This document shows, piece by piece, positions 16,680 through 20,000 of a stretch of 20,000 nt of DNA (its first letter is position 1; each line of letters starts with the position of its first letter). The notes under the pieces are model-generated. The model did not search any database. It was given only the letters and a program-made list of their open reading frames with translations, and was not told the origin of the DNA. The translations under genes were made by a program, and so were the position numbers. The stretch comes from an uncultured virus (IMG/VR IMGVR_UViG_3300025133_000062) (taxonomy: Duplodnaviria > Heunggongvirae > Uroviricota > Caudoviricetes), in IMG/VR virus record IMGVR_UViG_3300025133_000062. One strand, 5' to 3'.

Positions 16680-16864
16680 ACTGCACGACCTTTGGCAGGA
16701 ACGCCATCAGGCAGTTTTTCGGCATTGGCAACGGTAAAGAAAGAGCCGTTGGGGTGAAAAACAGCAACGGGAATACCGGCATCGGCCTTGGCACGGAATG
16801 CTGTTACCTTGCCCATAGTGCGCCACTTGCCGTCTTTTGTAAAAGATTTAAAAGTTTTTGTCAT
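16676..16864 (-). CDS. Hypothetical protein
   Basis: SD AGGAGA. Confidence 0.65.
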   Translation of the reverse strand: MTKTFKSFTKDGKWRTMGKVTAFRAKADAGIPVAVFHPNGSFFTVANAEKLPDGVPAKGRAV

Positions 16865-16901
16865 CGAAATCTCCTGTTGAATGTTGGTTGGTGGGGTTAG
16901 G

Positions 16902-17216
16902 CTAAAATGTTAATCCTGCGGCTTCGTAAAGTTTTCTTTCGGCGGGATATTCGTCGGTGGCAAGTATGGAACCGATAGAACCAAAAGCTATCCGCCAAAA
17001 TACTGAATTATCTTCTGCGATGTCTTCGATTTCTCCCTCTACTACGCTTTGCCAAGCGTTGTCTAAAGCGGCGGAAGCAACATATCCATATTTGTCGGCG
17101 GGGAGCATGGCGGCGTTGGCCGTAACGAATTTATCTTTCCAGATTTTACGCTCAACCAATTCGGCGGCTTCTTTGGCATCTTCCGCTGCCCAGATTTCTT
17201 CTTGTGTTTTTGTCAT
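16902..17216 (-). CDS. Hypothetical protein
   Basis: SD AAGGA; 104 aa. Confidence 0.65.
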   Translation of the reverse strand: MTKTQEEIWAAEDAKEAAELVERKIWKDKFVTANAAMLPADKYGYVASAALDNAWQSVVEGEIEDIAEDNSVFWRIAFGSIGSILATDEYPAERKLYEAAGLTF

Positions 17217-17236
17217 TTGTCATTCCTTCTATACTA

Positions 17237-17276
17237 GGATCTCAGGGAGTTCGTAAGAACTCACTCCCTGAGATCC
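17237..17276 (-). repeat. GA/GA-capped hairpin copy 6 (GC-richer stem)
   Basis: GGATCTCAGGGAGT-GA-GT-TCTT-AC-GA-ACTCCCTGAGATCC. Confidence 0.85.
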
Positions 17277-17284
17277 GTATAAGG

Positions 17285-17446
17285 TTAAGAATTTTCGACC
17301 CAGTGGATCAAATCCTGGGCCTCCTCGAAACTACCAAGGTAGTTTCCCTCTTGATCTATGAGATCGTAGCCGGGTCCGGTTATGGACACATCGACTTGGT
17401 AATCAGAGACGAAGTCGATATCACGTTGAATATCGGATAAGGTCAT
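17285..17446 (-). CDS. Acidic hypothetical protein (53 aa)
   Basis: Manual translation MTLSDIQRDIDFVSDYQVDVSITGPGYDLIDQEGNYLGSFEEAQDLIHWVENS; SD GGAGA. Confidence 0.6.
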   Translation of the reverse strand: MTLSDIQRDIDFVSDYQVDVSITGPGYDLIDQEGNYLGSFEEAQDLIHWVENS

Positions 17447-17470
17447 AGCAAATTCTCCAAAAAATTAAGT

Positions 17471-17521
17471 TAATTAATCACTCTGTACTTTCACTTTGTT
17501 CAAGTACAGAGTTATTAATTA
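17471..17521 (-). repeat. Divergent GA/GA-capped hairpin (copy 9)
   Basis: TAATTAATAACTCTGTACTT-GA-AC-AAA-GT-GA-AAGTACAGAGTGATTAATTA; same fold with the apical pairs swapped. Confidence 0.7.
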
Positions 17522-17632
17522 GTTATTTTCAAGCCGCCAGAACCACCGGCTTTGGCATGTGGTGAAGTCACGAATGGGATAAAATTCCCTACGCCACGCA
17601 ACCTTATGGGTGCGCTTAATTGGTTTCTTCAT
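17519..17632 (-). CDS. Small basic hypothetical protein (37 aa)
   Basis: MKKPIKRTHKVAWRREFYPIRDFTTCQSRWFWRLENN; SD AGGAGA; sits between two hairpins. Confidence 0.5.
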   Translation of the reverse strand: MKKPIKRTHKVAWRREFYPIRDFTTCQSRWFWRLENN

Positions 17633-17648
17633 CGCTTTCTCCTAATTA

Positions 17649-17690
17649 ATTAATTTAGTTAGTTCGTAAGAACTCACTAACTAAATTAAT
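17649..17690 (-). repeat. GA/GA-capped hairpin copy 7
   Basis: 15-bp inverted repeat around GA-GT-TCTT-AC-GA. Confidence 0.85.
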
Positions 17691-17928
17691 AATTACTACA
17701 TCATCATCGTCCTGTCAAGCCTCGTCAAAATCCTTTGGATTTCATCAGGCGCTTCAAAGCATAGCTTTGTTCATGCGTCTATAAAATCCCTTGGATTTTC
17801 AAGGACTTGGCAGAACACCAAGGTCTAACGAAGTTAGCCAGGAAGTATAAAATCACCATCCTTCGGATGATTTGTCAAGCCTTCCACCAAACTTCGTTTG
17901 AACTCCACCAAACTGACCAACTAAACTA

Positions 17929-17968
17929 GGATCTCAGGGAGTTCGTAAGAACTCACTCCTTGAGATCC
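17929..17968 (-). repeat. GA/GA-capped hairpin copy 8
   Basis: 17925-17970 matches 17233-17278 with 1 mismatch. Confidence 0.85.
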
Positions 17969-18105
17969 GTTTAACCCCTCAGAAATCCGGGGAAAATCCT
18001 CGCATCACGTGGGGGGGCGGGCGAAAAAACCGGCGCATGTATATATATATAAAACAGACCTCTCAAATAATTTCAAAAATCTATGGATCTATCATCAAAA
18101 GTGCC

Positions 18106-18293
18106 ATTAGTAACATATTAATATAATTAACTATATTATTTTTTATTATTTTTTTATATTTTACTATTGCATAATTAAATATTATAGTGTATAATATATA
18201 TTAGTAACATATTAATATAATTAACTACATTATTTTTTATTATTTTTTTATATTTTACTATTGCATAATTAAATATTATAGTGTATAATATAT
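18106..18293 (+). repeat. 2 x 94-bp AT-rich tandem duplication, each unit containing a sigma70-type promoter
   Basis: Units 18106-18199 and 18200-18293 (1 mismatch). TTGCAT-17-TATAAT at 18167-18195 and 18261-18289. Confidence 0.85.
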
Positions 18294-18295
18294 AT

Positions 18296-19834
18296 ATGAA
18301 TAATCTAGAAGATACTCCACTAAATTCTTTTATTAATCTTAAAGAACTATTATCATATAAAGTTAACAGGGAATCAAAGGCAGACTTTCTTACATTTGTC
18401 CGTCTAATGGCTCCTTCTCTTGTGTCTGATTTTAAAATGGGAAGACATATAGAGATTATTTCTAACAAACTAAAAGAATTAGAAGAAGGAAAGACTAAAC
18501 GGTTGATGGTCTTTCTTCCACCCCGTTCCAGCAAGTCTGTAATTTGTTCAAAACTGTTTCCAGCATGGTATATAGGAAGAAATCCAGAACATGAAATTCT
18601 CACTGTTTCTCATAGTGATCAGCTTTCTTCTGACTTTGGTCGTTCTGTCAGGGATATTGTAAATACTGAAGAATTTCAGAAGATATTCAGTGGTGTTAAG
18701 TTAAGAAGCGATGTCAGGGCTGCTGGTAAGTGGAAGACTAATCAGAATGGTACTTATTATGCAGCGGGAGTTAGGTCACAGATAGCAGGACGGGGAGCGC
18801 ATGTAGCAATACTTGATGATGTAATGTCTGAAGAGGATTCCTACTCAGATGCGGGTAGAAGGTATATTAAAGAATGGTATCCAGCAGGACTTAGAACTCG
18901 TATTATGCCTAATGGGTCTATAGTTATTATTAATACCAGATATCATTATGATGATCTATGCGGCTGGCTACTCAAACAACAAGAAAATATGTCTGAATAT
19001 GAAACAATTCCCTGGGATGTTATTAAAATACCGGCATGGCTGGATGAGGAAGCTTCTGATTTACTTGGTCTGCCTGTAGGTTCCAGTTACTTCCCCGAAT
19101 GGAAACCGGATGATGTCTTACATACTGATGAGAATGAGATCAAGGCTAGTAATGGAAGCCGGTACTGGAACTCTCTCTACATGCAAGATCCTACTCCAGA
19201 GGAAGGGGGATTAATAAAAAAGAAATGGCTGCAATACTGGGAAGATCCAGACCCTCCTGAATGTGACTTTGTTATCCAGACTTTTGATACAGCCTTCTCT
19301 ACCAGAACTACAGCAGACTTCAGTGTGATTCAGACCTGGGGCATCTTCTATCTCTATGATCATGATGAGAGAGGACATGAAAGCTATGCGCCCCATCTGA
19401 TTCTGCTGGGTAACATCAAAGGCAGGTTTGAATACCCGGAACTTAGAAAACTGGCGCAGAAGCTTTATAATGAACACAGACCGGATGTATGTATGATAGA
19501 AAAGAAAGCCAGCGGTCAGTCTCTCATACAGGATATGCGTAGGGCTGGGTTGCCGGTCATGGAATATAATCCAGACAGGGATAAGGTATCCAGAGTTTAT
19601 GCGGCTTCGCCTATTCTGGAAGCGGGTAGACTATGGATACCCAGAGGTAAGAAATGGTCGGATGATCTTATAGAAGAATTAATAAGGTTCCCTAATGCGG
19701 CTCATGATGATCAGGTGGATGCTCTGACAATGGCGGTACACTACATGAAAGAGTCCTGGCACCTTACCCATCCTGATGATCCTGAGTTTGAAGATGAACC
19801 CAGAACAGAGAAAAGTACATACTGGACTTTCTGA
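18296..19834 (+). CDS. terL: Terminase large subunit
   Basis: MVFLPPRSSKS (Walker A-like), GRGA..AILDD (Walker B), TR.H.DDL.G, YMQ.P, FDTA, IEKKASG and HDDQVDA nuclease motifs. Likely ATG 18296. Confidence 0.93.
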   Translation: MNNLEDTPLNSFINLKELLSYKVNRESKADFLTFVRLMAPSLVSDFKMGRHIEIISNKLKELEEGKTKRLMVFLPPRSSKSVICSKLFPAWYIGRNPEHEILTVSHSDQLSSDFGRSVRDIVNTEEFQKIFSGVKLRSDVRAAGKWKTNQNGTYYAAGVRSQIAGRGAHVAILDDVMSEEDSYSDAGRRYIKEWYPAGLRTRIMPNGSIVIINTRYHYDDLCGWLLKQQENMSEYETIPWDVIKIPAWLDEEASDLLGLPVGSSYFPEWKPDDVLHTDENEIKASNGSRYWNSLYMQDPTPEEGGLIKKKWLQYWEDPDPPECDFVIQTFDTAFSTRTTADFSVIQTWGIFYLYDHDERGHESYAPHLILLGNIKGRFEYPELRKLAQKLYNEHRPDVCMIEKKASGQSLIQDMRRAGLPVMEYNPDRDKVSRVYAASPILEAGRLWIPRGKKWSDDLIEELIRFPNAAHDDQVDALTMAVHYMKESWHLTHPDDPEFEDEPRTEKSTYWTF

Positions 19835-19835
19835 T

Positions 19836-19864
19836 TTGTCAAAACTATGATTATGTGTTATAAT
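19836..19864 (+). promoter_or_regulatory. Sigma70-type promoter after terL
   Basis: TTGTCA-17 nt-TATAAT, with extended -10 TG. Confidence 0.65.
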
Positions 19865-19901
19865 ATAATAGGTGAAAAGTCTTTTGGGGAGATAACATAA
19901 A

Positions 19902-20000
19902 TGACACTACCACGCCGAAGACGGCCTGATGAAACAGTAGAAGAATATAATGCTGTTATGAAAGATCCAGAAACTGGTAAGTGGAACCTACCTCCTATGG
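19902..20000 (+). CDS. Hypothetical protein, 5' part, runs off the window
   Basis: ATG 19902 after GGGGAG; MTLPRRRRPDETVEEYNAVMKDPETGKWNLPPM. Confidence 0.5.

Noticed and set aside
516..17440. Plus-strand ORFs in the track (516-758, 1710-1946, 2839-3078, 4072-4389, 5241-5672, 9896-10123, 11794-12024, 12698-12895, 13795-14061, 15112-15354, 15416-15616, 16957-17256, 17204-17440)
   Set aside because: Antisense shadows of well-supported minus-strand genes, with no recognisable motifs.
17844..17878. Sigma70 promoter TTGACA...TATACT on the minus strand
   Set aside because: The spacer is 23 nt (it contains a mini-hairpin), too long for a canonical promoter. The TTGACA at 17713-17718 also lacks a good -10 at 17 nt.
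8798..17968. CRISPR array interpretation of the repeats, given the Cas4-like gene
   Set aside because: Repeats are separated by hundreds to thousands of bp containing genes, not regular 30-40-bp spacers. There is no cas1/cas2, and solo Cas4-like exonucleases are common in phage replication modules.
8798..17968. Canonical integron attC sites
   Set aside because: No RYYYAAC/GTTRRRY core at the hairpin ends, no characteristic extrahelical bases and no integrase in the window. Only the cassette-like layout is analogous.
8798..17968. GA/GA hairpins as ordinary intrinsic terminators or hammerhead ribozymes
   Set aside because: Most lack a U-tract and have AT-rich stems. There is no CUGANGA/GAAA three-way junction.
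18175..19477. Minus ORFs 18175-18603 and 19211-19477
   Set aside because: Antisense to terL and the AT-rich duplication.
1..20000. Reverse transcriptase/DGR/retron, tRNA genes, integrase, phage RNA polymerase
   Set aside because: No RT motifs, no adenine-biased TR/VR pair, no tRNA cloverleaf and no recombinase or single-subunit RNA polymerase were recognised in this window.

Overview
This window is a fragment of a lytic, T7-superfamily-like podovirus genome. Its gene set and divergent two-arm layout resemble SIO1/cobavirus-like (Zobellviridae) phages; that assignment is inferred, not database-checked. The minus strand (about 1-17650) carries many small early ORFs, then a cupin, a SleB-like hydrolase, primase-helicase, an HNH-like nuclease, a PD-(D/E)xK nuclease, family A DNA polymerase, SSB, a Cas4-like exonuclease, a GIY-YIG nuclease, DUF3310, class II ribonucleotide reductase and the start of a small heat-shock protein. 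A non-coding stretch (about 17700-18290) separates this arm from a plus-strand large terminase. The most striking feature is a dispersed intergenic element family. Nine long hairpins are capped by an invariant tandem GA/GA internal loop on the sense strand, with covarying stems. Five of them are followed by a compact, covarying H-type pseudoknot just upstream of the next Shine-Dalgarno. The elements punctuate early genes like cassettes and have overwritten the 3' ends of neighbouring ORFs.
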